Shown here: piece after piece, positions 13,375 to 26,010 of the stretch
Numbering within the stretch: the first letter of the stretch is position 1
Layout of the letters: the number at the start of each line of letters is the position of its first letter
Source of the DNA: Torpedo marmorata
Taxonomy: Eukaryota
Length of the DNA stretch: 64,000 nt
NCBI GenBank assembly: GCA_977017645.1
Contig: OZ360229.1
Location: forward strand, 11,904,001 to 11,968,000
Direction: 5' to 3'
Position numbers and translations under genes: made by a program
Notes under the pieces: generated by a model
Database searches by the model: none
Seen by the model: the letters and a program-made list of their open reading frames with translations, nothing else
What the model was told of the DNA's origin: nothing

Positions 13375-15003
13375 GGGCAGAACAAGAATAAGGTTTACTT
13401 CTTGAAGCAAATGAACCTCTACCTTGCCGAGGCCAGACGACAGCTCTCAGACACCTCCTCTTACTTACCCCTACAATAGGACACCACAAAAGAACATCAA
13501 GCAACCATCTCACATACCATCTCCAACCTCGTCACTGCTGGTTATCTCCCTGCAACCTTATTGTTTCCCATTCCCGCATTGCCCAGTTCTACCTCTTACC
13601 CAAGATACAAACCCAATAATCCAGGTAGACCCATTGTTTTTGCATGCTCCTGTTTCACCAAACTAGTATCATCTTACGTCAACTCCAATTTACATCCCCC
13701 ACCCCACCCCCAAAACCCTGATCCAGTCCCTCCCAATCTACATTCACAATACCTCACATGCCCTCCATCGCTTCAATAACTTCCAATTTCCTGAACTTGA
13801 CCGCCTCATTTTCACTATGGATATAACCTCCATCCCCCATACATAAGGTATCAAAGTCCTTCGTTTCTTTCTTTCTTAACAGACTGAACCAGTCCCCCTC
13901 CACCTTCCTCCGCCTGGCAGAACTTGTTCCCAGCTATGCCTGTCATTTTGTTGGCTTTGTGCACACACATGCTGCAAGCCTACACAGGCAAGGCTCCTCA
14001 ACACTTCCTCTGCTACAATGATGACTACACTGGTGCTGCCTCATGATGAGCTTGTCAACTGTTCAATTTACTACTAACTTTCACCCCGACCTCAAATTCA
14101 CTTGGTCCGTTTCCAGCGACACTCTCCCCTTTCTTGATCTCCCTGTCTCAGGAGACAAACTTTCTACAGACCTACCAACACCCACAACTACCTCGACTAC
14201 ACTTCTTCGCACCCAGTCCCCTGCAAAGATTCTATTCCTTTCTCTCAATTCCTTTGTCTCCATCATGTCTACTCCCAAGAGGTCTTCCATTCCATCCGTG
14301 ACTCCCTCGTCCATTCATCCCTTCCCACTAATCGCCCCCGTCACCTTCCCCTGTGACTGCAGGAAGTGCCACACCTCCTCCCTCACCACCATTCTGGGCC
14401 CCAAACAATCCTTCCAAGTGAAGCAACACCACGTGAATCTGCAGGAGTCATCTACTGCATCCGGTGCTCTAGTTGTGACCTTCTCTACATCGGAGAGAAT
14501 GGATGCAGACTGGGAGATCGCTTTGCTGAGCACCTTCGCTCTATCCGCATCAATGACAGGGATCTTCTAGTACCAACCATTTCAATTCTGCACCCCATTC
14601 CCGCGTCGACATGTCTGTCCATGGCATCATGTACTGCCAAACCAGGGCCACCCATAAATTGGAAGAGCAACACCTAATATTCCATCTGGGCACTCTCCAA
14701 CCAGATGGCATCAACGTTGACTTCTCAGTTTCTGCTAGCCTACTCCCTGTTCTCCCTCTCTTCCCTATCCCCATTTCCTTTCCTCCAGCTCTCCACCCCT
14801 TCTGTCTCCATTCAGAGAGCCATCCCCCTCCCCCTGTTCTCTCTTGTGCCTACCCTCCCTTACCCACCTATTAACTCTTGCCTGCGGGCTTTGCTCACAT
14901 CTTGATGAAGGGCTCAAGCCCGAAACGTTGGATATGTATCTTTATCTGTGCAATACAAAGTACACTGTTTGACATGCTGAGTTTCTCCGGCATTGTTTTT
15001 TTA
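13375..15003 (+). mobile_element. Penelope-like retroelement (decayed RT, GIY-YIG endonuclease, terminal repeat)
   Basis: RT fragments YLAEARRQLSDTSSY, KPNNPGRPIV and FHPDLKFTWSVS..TLPFLDL. GIY-YIG region GVIYCIRCSSCDLLYIGENGCRLGDRFAEHLRSI in ORF 14366..14677. C-terminus EEQHLIFHLGTLQPDGINVDF. Confidence 0.9.
14896..14936 (+). ncRNA. Minimal type I hammerhead ribozyme-like motif in the PLE terminal repeat
   Basis: Core (T)TGATGA, extra A, perfect stem II GGGC-TCAA-GCCC, then GAAAC-GTT with palindromic ACGT as minimal stem III. Imperfect stem I CACATC/GATATG. Position 3 (T) and the GTT cleavage triplet are non-canonical. Confidence 0.6.
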
Positions 15004-16079
15004 CTCTGAATTACACAAGTGTGATGCTTCAGTGAAAGAAATGCCTCAAACAAAAAAAATATTCTATCCCTTTGGATTTAACCTTAGATTTAAAAAATGA
15101 ATTTGGCACCGTTAATAATCTGTTTAGAACAGAAGTTTAATAAAATTTGGCAGCAGAGGCCTTCAATAATTGATATAGGACTAATACAGAATATTGACGG
15201 GGAAAGGGTGAAGATAAAGCAATGAGTGCAACATGGAAGAGAGGAAATTGGTTGGCAGTAAAGTTATAGCTAAAGAGCAATAAGGAAATTCCAGCTCTTC
15301 AAACTTTTGCTTGTTGAATTGGCAACAGATAAGGCAAGAGAAATCAGAATTATGCCTCTGAGCAATGCTGGAGAGGCTCTTTTAAATTAAGATACCAAAA
15401 CTGGAAAACATCAGCACCTCAGATATGGCAACATATGCAGAGAAAAAAAAATCATTAGAACTGATACATTTGATGGAATGAGAGTGGAATAAAGCTACAG
15501 ATTTAATGTGCTCCATTTTTAGACACCTTTAAAATTAAAATGGTAAAAAAAAAACGGAGGAAAAATTAGCCACTTAGCCCTTGGCTCTGTTGTAGGACCA
15601 ATTTAATCTCAGAAAATTAGAACAATTTATGGATCACAGTTGGACTATTCAATCAAAATTATCTAGAGAATTGTGCCAAGTTCTCCACATACTAAAAGGA
15701 TGCATCTTTGGAAAGGATATAGGACGAGGCTGAGGGTGCTCTGTGTAGCAGGAATAACTTTTAAATCATTAACTTTCATAAAGAGTTAAGATAAATATGC
15801 CATTCCCGATGCAGCAGGAGGTTCAATGTGACTAACAACACATAGGAAATAAATAATTCTACATTTAAAGAAAAAAGGGGACATGTTGCTCAAAGATAAT
15901 TAAATCAATTCCAGATACATAAGTATCACAGGTATTAAGGCTAATTGTATTGATTTTAAACTAACAGCCATGGATTCAAAGGGCCAAATGATTCAGGCCC
16001 GAAACAACTGCCTTTTACTGCCTATGGATGCTGCATGACTTGCGGAGCTTTTCCAGCACTTTAATGTAGGAATACCGGA

Positions 16080-19000
16080 AATGAATCAGAATTTATTGTC
16101 ATGAACAAGTCATGAAATTCGGTGTTTTGCGGCAGCATCATAGTGCAAACATTCATATTATAACCATCTTACGACATTACTATAAAAATATAAATAATAG
16201 TGCACGAAAAGTAAGGCAGTGTCTTTGGTTCATTGATTATTCAGGAATCTGATGGCAACGGGGAAGAAGCTGTCCTTGTGCCGTTGAGTGCTCGTCTTTA
16301 GGCTCCTTTTTTAAGACACCGCCTCATGTAGCGTCCTCGATGGAGTGAAGTCTGGTGCCTGTGATGTCACAGGCCGAGTTAACAACCCTCTGGAGTTTAT
16401 TCTTGTCCTGAGAGTTGGCGCCTCCATACCAGGCAGTGATGCAACCAGCCAGAATGCTCTCCACGGTACACCTGTAGAAGTTTACGAGTCTTCGGTGACA
16501 TACAGAATCTCCTCAGACACCTCACAAAGTATAGCCACTGGCGAGCCTTCTTTGTGATTGCATCAACGTGGATGCTCCAGGACAGATCCTCGGAGATGTT
16601 GACACCCAGGAATTTGAAGTTCTTGACCCTCTCCACGACTGAGCCCTCGATGAGGACTGGGTCGTGTTCCCCTGACTTCCTCCTGAAGTCCACAATCATC
16701 TCCTTAGTTTTGCTGACGTTGAGCACAAGGTTGTTGTCGTTACACCATTCAACGAGCTGATCTAACTCCCCCCCGTACGCTTCCTCATTGCCGTTTGTGA
16801 TTCTGCCGACAACTGTGGTGTCATCGGCAAACTTGTAGATGGCATTGGAATTGTGCCTGGCCACACAGTCATGGGTGTATAACGAGTAGAGCAGTGGACT
16901 AAGCACGCATCCTTGGGGTGCGCCTGTGTTATCAGTGAGGAGGGGACGTTGTTTCCAATTCATACTGACTGTGGTCTTCCGATGAGAAAGTCAAGGATCC
17001 AGTTGCAGAGTGGAGTACAGAGGCCTAGTTTGTAGCTTCTTGACCAGCACTGAGGGAATAATGTATTGAAGGCCGAGCTGTAGTCGATGAAGAGCAGCCA
17101 TATGTATGAATTGCTGTTTTCGAGGTGATCCAGAGCTGAGTGGAGAGCCAGCGATATTGCATCTGCTGTGGAGCGATTGTGACGATAGGCAAATTGCAGT
17201 GGGTCCAGATCTTTGCTTAGGTACGTGTTAATTCTGGCCATGACCAGCCTCTCAAAGCATTTCATCACAGTAGAAGTTAGTGCTACTGGGCGGTAGTCGT
17301 TGAAGCAGCTCACACTACTCTTCTTGGGTACTGGGATGATTGTTGCCCTTTTGAAGCAGGTGGGAACCTCTGACTGTCGCAATGAGAGGTTGAAAATGTC
17401 CGTGAACACTCCAGCTAGTTGGTTGGCGCAGATTTCCAGTACCCTGCCAGGTACGCCGTCAGGGCTTGACGCCTTGCGAGGGTTCACCCTCTTGAATGAT
17501 ATTCTGACGTCACCCTCAGAGACAGATATCACAGGGTCCTCAGCCTTCTCAGGGATTCTAGTAGGCACTGTTTTGTTCTTCTTCTCAAAGCGGGCATGGG
17601 CATAGAAGGTGTTCAGCTCATCGGGTAGTGAAGCATCACAGCCGCCTATAGTGTTCGCCCTCGCTTTGTAGGTTGTAATAGCCTGCACTCCCTGCCATAG
17701 CTGGCATGTATCTGTCTGTCTCCAGCTTCCTCCGGAATTGCCACTTTGCTTCAGAGATGGTCTTCTGCAGGTCGTGCCTGGACTTCTTGTAAAGATCCCA
17801 ATCCCCGGCCTTAAACACCCTTGTTCTTGCCCTCAGCAGGTTGCGAATTCTCTGATTCATCCAGGGCTTCTGGTTGGGGAACACCCGCTATTCCACGCAG
17901 ATCTTGATGAAATCGGTGACACCTGTTGCATATTCATTCAGGTCTATGGATGAGTTCTTGAATATGTTCCAGTCCACCGATTCAAAGCAGTCCTGCAGAC
18001 GCTCCTCCGCCTCCCTCAACCATACTTTCGCCGTCCTCACCACTGGTGCTGTGGTCTTCAGTCTCTGCTTGTACGCTGGGAGTAGAAGTACAGCCAGGTG
18101 ATCAGACTTTCCTAAGTGCGGTTGTGGTATGGCTTGGTATGCGCTCTTCACGGTGGTGCAGCAGTGGTCGAGTGTGTTGGTTCCTCTGGTCTTGCATGTG
18201 ACGTGTTGGTGGTAGTTTGTCAGAGACTTCTTCAGGTTGGCCTGATTGAACTCTCCCACAATGATCGGGAAGGCATCAGGAGGTGCTGTCTCATGGCTGT
18301 TTATCACAGTGCTCAGTCCCTCCAGTGCCAGCCTGAAGTTAGCCTGGGGCAGAATGTACAATGCGAGCAGGATGATAGCAATGAACTCCCTTGGCAGGTA
18401 GAATGGGCGACACTTGATCGCCAGATGTTCCAGATCGGGGGAGCAGGACTGGGACATGACCGTCACGTCTATGCACTACGATGAATTGATGGTGACACAA
18501 ACGCCGCCACCCCTTGTTTTTCAAGACGCCGCCGGTGTTCGGTCAGCGCGATGGAGGGTGTAGCCCTTGGGCTGTAGCGCCGTGTCCGGAATGTCCGTGT
18601 TTAGTCATGTTTCTGTAAAGCACATGACACAGCACTCCCTGATGACTCTCTGATGTTGAAGTCTGGCTTGGAGTTCATCAAGTTTGTTCTCCAAGGATTG
18701 TACGTTGGCCAGGAGGATGGTAGGGATTGGAAGCTTCAGGTCCCCCCGTCTCATCTTAACCTGTTGCCCCCCTCTGCGTCCACGTGGTCGGGTCTTCTTT
18801 ACCTGGCCCATGGGTCCACTGCTGGTAGTTCCCGTGGTGTTTAAATGATCCGTGCGCTGTCCCTTTAAATCCTCTGCAATGTTTAAGTGTGCTGTGTGCC
18901 TGCTGTCTGTGACTCCCGCGAAGTTTAAATGGCCCGTTCTCTGGCTGTTTAAAACTCCCGCAGTGTTGCTGTTGTACTTGCTTGAGCTGTTTAAAGGTCC

Positions 19001-19084
19001 CTCGGCACGACGGAGACTGCCGATTCCAAGGTCTGCCAGTGACCTTAGTACATCCATGTTATCAGGTAAGTTTGATTTTATGAT
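16080..19084 (-). mobile_element. Rex1/Babar-like LINE, near full length (APE endonuclease and RT, frameshifted)
   Basis: ORFs 18605..19135 (LLANVQSLENK...MCFTET), 17888..18466 (TRGTNTLDH...SDH), 16960..17688 (PDGVPGRVL...DYRPVALTS...[10 protein letters not shown]) and 16397..16963 (GAPQGCVLSP...KFADD). The 3' end reads aataaattctgattc. Confidence 0.93.
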
Positions 19085-19895
19085 TATGCCGGCATATTGG
19101 ACGACTCTGTATAGGATGACCCCCGGAATTTCCATCTAAAACGTAGGTTTCGAACTATACTCGCTGTATAAGACACCACCACACCCCCCCCCCCAAAAAG
19201 AGTCTGGCACTGACCACTGGAGTGATACTGCCACAATATTTTAATGCCAAATTATCCTGTAAAGGTTTTAATTTTATTAGCATGTTTTATAATATACCAC
19301 CGTCAGCTCCTTTAACAGGCCTTTTAAAGCCTGTACAGAGCCGACAGCAGTTGGACTGGGAGAATGGTCCCATGGCGGAGCGCTGAGACTTTTTTTTGAT
19401 AACAGGACACATGCAAGGGCTTATTCATGGATTTCATTGGCTGATGCAAGTGAACTTTAATGTTTTTCCCCAATGCTATGAAATTGAGGAAGTACCCAGA
19501 CCGTGGTTTGCCCCACTGAACGGGCAATGCCCTCAAAGTGCGCGCAATCCGAGAGGCTCCCGGAATGGAGACGAGCCAGAAATAGTGTGCGCAGTTTTTG
19601 TAAACGTCACACCTGCAACTAAGCTTCCTTTCTTTTCGCTGTCGTCGTTTGTATGGAGGTGAGCCGGGTTGTCAGCATGAGGAGGGTGGCAACGTGCGCC
19701 AAAGGACTGACCGGGACATGAGTCAGAACTGGCAGGATGGGGATAGGATATGGAGGGGTGGGGGGAGGGAAGATGGCAGTGGTGTTGAGACTTCACTGTC
19801 AAGGTTCGGAGTTTATACTCTGCATCCAAAACGACCCCTGATTTTGAGGTGACTTTTTAAGTTTCGAGGATCATCCTATACGCCGACATATACGG
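19085..19895. mobile_element. Tc2-like (CCGTA-terminus) non-autonomous DNA transposon; left TIR split by the Rex1 insertion
   Basis: Right end tcatcctatacgccgacatatacgg|TA. The left TIR remnant tatgccggcatattggacga starts at 19085. The missing first bases TA|CCG appear at 16073-16077, on the far side of the LINE. Confidence 0.65.
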
Positions 19896-20949
19896 TATTT
19901 GATTTGCAGAGCATATTTCTCAACACAAGACCAAACAAACTAATGATAACAAGTTTATTGTCATACAGACAAGCACAACGTACATATGCACCAAAATTCT
20001 TGCTGCTGCCAAACAAGTATTTGTAAAAATATTTTAATATACATTAAATTGCATACAGAAAGAAAGATAAATATTCAGTTTATAGTGCAAAAAAAGTGCA
20101 TTTCAACAGCGCAGTCAGGTCTTTTTGTGGAGGCATAGTTTCTGAATAGGGCAGGTTCAGGAGCTGATAGCTGTTGGGGAAAAAAAACTGTTCTTGAACC
20201 TTCCTTCGGGTGCTGGACTTCAAAGCTAGGCAAAATAGATGCCAAATATTGAGATTAAAAGTACCAATTCATTTATGTAAGCAAACTTTTCTACCCTGAT
20301 TTAATAGTTAAATTGTTGGAACTCAACTGCAGAAGAATCTTTAGAAATATGGGCAAGGGAAGTGATTTTATTACGAGAAGATGACTTGGCAAAACTTACC
20401 AAATGCTACCAAAACATCTTTCAAAAGGAAAAGGTCCAAAAAAATGCAGAATTTTTCTTTGAAATTTATTCTCAACTTTCAAAGCAAACACCGAGCAAGC
20501 ACAAATCTCACCTGAGATTTTAACCAGATGGCAGTAAAGTCAGAAATACACCATTATGATTGATTTTTTTTTTATTGTAAAAATTACTCAATGCCACATC
20601 ACTGAGCAAACTGCTTTTTAGAAGATTCTTGGCAAGGAAGAATACCCAGATCAGGTGTATGCATACCCGTGTTTTATAGATTTAAGATTGATATTTATTA
20701 TTCCCACTCAAATAGCCTGCAGACCTGACAAATCATTAGCCCCTTTCACACCGCCAAGTATTTGTGGTTTGAACCGGTCAATTTAGCGGGTCCATAGCGG
20801 GTAATCTGGCGGTGTGAAAGGTCCCAACCGGGCAGGGCGAGTAAAAATCAACCAGGCTCTGACTCTTGGTGGGGGCAAGTGTCAGAGCCCGGCCGAGTTA
20901 ACTCGTTTATCACTCTGTGGCGGTGTGAATGGTCTACTCGACTTACCGG

Positions 20950-21098
20950 GCTGTGAAATATAACTGTGCAGTCGGCTGGGCTGTCAGAGCGTGGCCGGCC
21001 GCGCTGTGAAATATAACTGTGCAGTCGGCTGGGCTGTCAGAGCGTGGCCGGCCGCGCTGTGAAATATAACTATGCAGTCGGCTGGGCTGTCAGAGCGC
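20950..21098 (+). repeat. 53-bp tandem repeat, about 2.8 copies, inside the TIR element
   Basis: Unit ctgtgaaatataactgtgcagtcggctgggctgtcagagcgtggccggccgcg starts at 20951, 21004 and 21057. Confidence 0.9.
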
Positions 21099-21112
21099 CA
21101 TACAAAAGAGTG

Positions 21113-23054
21113 AACTTTAAAAGGACCTCTTATTGGTTATTCCAATTTTCCGTTTAAAATAGTGAACGATCACTTCCAATACTTAGGAATAACAATTACA
21201 AAAAAACAAAAATTTACTGAAAGAAAATTTTTGGGTATTAGTTAAGGTTAAATTATAATTAGCGGGTTGGTCACCCTTATCAATTACAATGATGGGTCGT
21301 ATTAATTCGATTAAAATGAATATTTTGCCTAAATTTTTTTATATCTTTTCCAATCCTTACCAATTTTTATTCCTAAAACCTTTTTTACTTCATTAGATTC
21401 GATTCTTTCTTCATATATATGGCAGGGAAAACATCCACGTATAAATAAATCCCATCTTCAAAAAATCAAAAGGAATGGAGGGTTATCACTTCCAGATTTT
21501 AGATTTTATTATTGGGCGATTAATATTCATAATTTGCTTTTGTTATTGCATTTTGATAAGTTAGAGAATCGCCCATCCTGGGTGGAAATGGAATTGAAGT
21601 TTTCAAAAAAACCAAAAAAAAAAAACATCTATGTTAGCAATTTTAGGTTCCTTTTTACCATTTTCATTTTTAAATTAACTCATAACCCGTTATTGAGATA
21701 TAGGTTGAGAATATGGGCACAGTTTAGAATTTTTTTTGGATTTAATATCTTTTCTCGGGCTAATCCTATTATAGATAATCACCTTTTCTAGCCGTCTGTG
21801 ATGGATGTAGGATTTAGGGAATGGTATAGATTGGGAATTCATAGCTTTAATGATCTTTTTATTCGAGATAGTTTTGCCACTTTCAAACAATTGGTCAATA
21901 AATTTAATCTTACTAATAGACATTTTTTTTAGATATTTACAAATTAGACATTTTGTTCAGTCTAAACTTTCAGATTTTCCTTGAATTTTAAGTTCTAATT
22001 TTCTCTATTTACTTTTTAATATATGGTTCTTTTTCCAACGTGGATTAACATCATGTATATATAATTGATTGGAAATTAGAGTAGTTTCTATGACAGGGAT
22101 CAAGAATGAATGGGAACGTGATTTGAATGTTACATTTTTAGATCAAGATTGGTCTAATTAACGCCTCATCTTTTTATGCTAGACTGTTTATTACAATTTA
22201 AAGTGGTACATAGAATTCATATGTCTAAACTTAAACTATCACGTTTTTACACTGACGTCGATCCATTGTGTGAGAGATGTAAAATTTTTGAAGCTTCACT
22301 GATACATATGTTTTGGGAATGCCCCAATTTGGAGAGATTTTGGAAGGATATTTTTAAATCTTTATCATTGATTTTTAAGATTAATATTGAACCATGTACT
22401 GTAATTACTCGGTTTGGTTTTTCACATGAACTTAACATACCTTTGTCTGCATCACAGGAAAAAGTTTTAACTTTTTCCACGTTGATTGCCAGACAAGCAA
22501 TTTTATTGAAATGGAAAGATGAGTTGTCACCGACACATAGACAGTGGTTACTAGATGTAATGTCCTATCTGAGTTTGGAGAAAATTAGATATAATATTAA
22601 AGATAGAAAGTTTCAATTTTTAAAGATCTGGGGGCCATTCATTGAATACTATCATGATTGGAAGAATTAACAAAACTGACTATCCCGAGGACTCTGTCCG
22701 ATGCTTGGAGGTCGCTACAGGATCCATACCTTTTTTTTGGTTCTTTTCCTTCCTTTTTCCAACATCAAGGTAACCTTGCTTAGAGGGAGGGGTTAGAATA
22801 GATGAGTTATTAGTGGTTTTTTGTCTTTTTTTCTTTCTTTTTATTTTATTTTCAATTGTTTTGTTTTTTTTAAGATAACCATACGGAACTAGTTTTAACC
22901 TATATTCAGAATTTAGTTATGACAATTTACTTAGTTTTTTTTATATATATATACATGTATGAATATAAGCTGATTTTTTGAATGTTTTTCTTAATTCTGT
23001 TACTCTGTATACATGTTTATTGTTGAAACTCAATAAAAATATTTTAAAAAGAAG
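21113..23054 (+). mobile_element. L1/Tx1-like LINE (family A), 5'-truncated
   Basis: ORF 22176..22670 has the L1 C-terminal CCHC motif (CERC...H.FWEC) and ends IWGPFIEYYHDWKN. T-rich 3' UTR, AATAAA and an A-rich tail follow. Candidate TSD AAGAGTG at 21106-21112 and 23055-23061. Confidence 0.9.
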
Positions 23055-23339
23055 AAGAGTGCCGTACGTAATATGTAACTCGTGACGTCGCCGCTGGAGG
23101 CGGGACACCCCTTAAAATCCCAGGTTCCCGATGAACCAGATAAATCATGGTGCAGTGGGAAAGGCTCCCCGGGTGCAGCATGCCCATTAAGTTTACCCGC
23201 TTCCTAGGAGGGTTGGCGGTGTGAAAGGGGCTATTGTCAACTTCATGTAGTTGAGACACACAAATTAGTTAATTTTGCTAATTTGTTTTCATGCCTAAAA
23301 GGAGAGTAATACATCTCAGAAATCAGATTTTTGTCCCCA

Positions 23340-23590
23340 ATCTAACCATTTAGGCTAATTCTACACTGCCTCCTACTCCCATCAGCCTCCTGCAGTTTCT
23401 TCCATTCACCTGCGCACTCAGGGTAATTTATAATGGCTCATTAACCTAGAAAACACTTGACACAAGGGAGGAAACCAAAGCACCCAGAGAGAAGCTGTAC
23501 AGTTACAGGGAAAACTCCTCACATGCCACACCAGAGGTCAGGACTGAACTTGGGGCACTGGAGCAGCTCTACTACTTGCGCCACACTGCA
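23340..23590 (-). mobile_element. Old V-SINE-like remnant
   Basis: gggaggaaaccaaagcacccagagagaa...aaactcctcaca...gaggtcaggactgaac is the antisense of a V-domain and B box. Confidence 0.5.
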
Positions 23591-23739
23591 GAAATGTTGA
23601 AAATCAGATGCGATTCCTTACGACTTCCTAAAAGTTAAGATTTCAGACAGAAGTAATTTAATCCATTAAGAAAACACCAACTGCTCATACTAAGCAGATA
23701 TTAAATCCTGTCGTGGCCTCCAGTGCATTGGAGAAATTA

Positions 23740-23930
23740 TTGCGCCCACACCTCCTCCCTCATCACCACCAGTCAGAGCCCCAAACAATCCTTCGAAGTG
23801 AAACAACACTTGTGAATCTGCAGGGGTCATCGACTGCATCCGGTGCTAACGTTGTGACCTCCTCTACATTGGAGGATTTTTTGTGTATTGCACTACAATC
23901 ACAGCATCTGCAGGCTTTTCTGTTTAACAA
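23740..23930 (+). mobile_element. Penelope fragment with terminal-repeat end
   Basis: cacacctcctccctcatcacc...cccaaacaatccttc...tgtgaatctgcaggggtcatc matches 14370-14490. Confidence 0.75.
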
Positions 23931-24244
23931 ATGTCTTTTGACCAGGCACTTCATCAGTTCTGTTTTAATCAATTACTCCTAGGCAAAACCAATGCAAAAT
24001 TATTCACCACATCAATATATGGGTTTCTACATTAGCTTCAGTGCATGTAAAACAAATATACACCCAAACAAAAAAAATCAACCATGAGAAACAAATATAC
24101 ATCCAAGGTCAAGTCTGGATTTTTTTAAAATTACTTGAACCGTACAAGATAGGGCTGATATCTATTCGGCCCTCAATATTTAAAATAATTTTCAATCCAT
24201 CCTTTCACACATGGGCCAAATGTGGCAGTGTGCAGAACAAGGTA

Positions 24245-24330
24245 GAGTAAAAACACAGAAATGTTGGAAGAACTCAGCAGGTTTCGCAGCGTCCATAGGA
24301 GGTAAAGATATACAACTGAGCCCTTCAAGG
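24245..24330 (-). repeat. Solo Penelope terminal-repeat remnant
   Basis: aaacacagaaatgttggaagaactcagcaggtttcgcagcgtccataggaggtaaagatatacaactgagcccttc is antisense to the module at 14905-15003. Confidence 0.7.
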
Positions 24331-24829
24331 TACAAGCAAAAATCAGGCAGGGGGAGGAGTACAGACCAACAGTCAAAACAAGAACACTCAGAACAAGGCA
24401 GAGTAAGAGCCAGCAATAATACACAGATGATAGTCTGTGTGAAGAAAAACAAGCTATATCCAAAGCATCCAATCAGCTGTGCCGAATCAACTCTTCAGTG
24501 AAGCTCTACAGCTGTAGGACTGGTGGTGGCCTCAAATGTTCTGCAAAATGTGTCGACATCTTAATTATGGCTGTGCTGTGTCTACAATTTTCCCCACATC
24601 CATAATACTGTATTTTGTTTGCCATTTGCTGCATCTTAAAGATCAGTTGGGGATTTAATTGAAAGAGGTGTTTTAGCATATGAAGGGGTACTGATCATAC
24701 AACAGAACTTTACTCATCATAAATTCTTTTGTACTTGAGATGTGAATCGAATCAAATTAATAAAAGGCTTTTTTTTTTTCAAATTTGAGACCATCATGGT
24801 TAAACTTTCTAGCACAAACCTGCTTACAT

Positions 24830-24937
24830 TTTGCTCATTCGTTGACGAAGGGCTCAAGCCAGAAATGTTGGTTGTGTATCTTTATCTTTGCTATATAAAG
24901 TACAGTTTGACCTGCTGAGTTTCTCCAGAGTTGTGTT
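24830..24937 (+). repeat. Penelope terminal repeat with a decayed hammerhead motif, about 45 nt from the exon 3 donor
   Basis: ttgctcattcgttgacgaagggctcaagccagaaatgttggttgtgtatctttatct...gacctgctgagtttctcc closely matches 14891-14990. Confidence 0.8.
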
Positions 24938-24980
24938 GATCCATTCTGCTGACCACTGTGGCCATAGTATTTAAGCTTAC

Positions 24981-25097
24981 CTTCTTTTTGTCTCGCATTG
25001 AACTTTTCCCTCTCACCATGATCTTGCAACCAGTCTCCGCTTCCAGTTGTTTTGCAGTGAGCCCTCTTGGGCCGAGGATTCTACCAACGAAGTTAAA
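24981..25097 (-). CDS. QKI: Quaking-family coding exon 3 (KH domain, GPRG loop)
   Basis: cag|TTT AAC TTC GTT GGT AGA...AAA AAG AAG|gtaag translates [39 protein letters not shown]. The 117 nt length matches QKI exon 3; phase 0-0. Confidence 0.97.
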
Positions 25098-26010
25098 CTG
25101 AGGAAGACAGAAAGGACATTGTCAGAATGCAATTACTACAGTTCTGCAGACAAACATAGTATTTTTCACCTTGGTACTCTGGTAAGACAAACTATTTTTC
25201 TTCACAAGATTTAAACAAGTACTTATTTGTCAAAAGAACTTTATCTATAGTTATGCATTTTCACTGTTTTCTAAAAAAGGTCTTTGGAAATCCAATTTGA
25301 AAAAAGCTTCTATATTTTTTTTTTTATTTTTTTTTAAAGTGGTAGGGAGAGAAAACAAATCAGAGTTAAATTCCCTCACTAAATACTCAGTTTTCAAAAT
25401 AAAAATTGCTTTCAAAAATCAGTAATTTGGCTTTTACACGAAAGGGTATATTCAAATTTCCCCTTAATTTATGGTGATAAAATTGCTTCCCATGGATAAT
25501 TTGTATTGAAAAGTTTGAAAAACAGCTGATAAATAGTTCATTGTTCCTTTACTATCATGTAATAACACAAACATAATACAGTATACATGACAAACGTCAA
25601 CGTTTGCCTGCAGTAAAGGCAAACAAAGAGTTGCAATTAGCAATGCCAGCACCCCCAATAAAATAAAGCAAGAGTTCCTTCAGAGACATGGATTCGCCTC
25701 CAACACTCCCGCAGCCTCTCAGATTCCTGTTCAAATCATTGCCAATCTGAGCTCCAGACCTTCGATACGACCAGGTAGCATTTGATAAATGGTCAGTCAT
25801 CAGCCAGTTTGCCTGTCTCTCCACCTCACATTTTGTCCTACATCCCATCACCTCTGGGCCCCTCAGCCAGCTTTATACCCCCTTTATATATGCAATTAAC
25901 TTTTATCTTTGTCTTCATAAAGAGTCCTGACCCAAAATGTCGACTATTTCTACTCATGGATGCTGTTTACCTGCTGAGTTCCTCCAACAGTTCATTGCAT
26001 TAATGCTATA

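Larger units (their letters stand above)
20739..23231. mobile_element. Non-autonomous TIR element (PIF/Harbinger-like) interrupted by an L1
   Basis: TIRs GCCCCTTTCACACCGCCA and TGGCGGTGTGAAAGGGGC, with internal subterminal GCGGTGTGAA repeats. The TSD is ambiguous (TTA left, TA right), so the superfamily call is tentative. Confidence 0.7.

Noticed and set aside
20950-21098. 53-bp repeats as a CRISPR array
   Set aside because: The units are contiguous with no unique spacers, lie inside a eukaryotic TIR element, and no cas genes are present.
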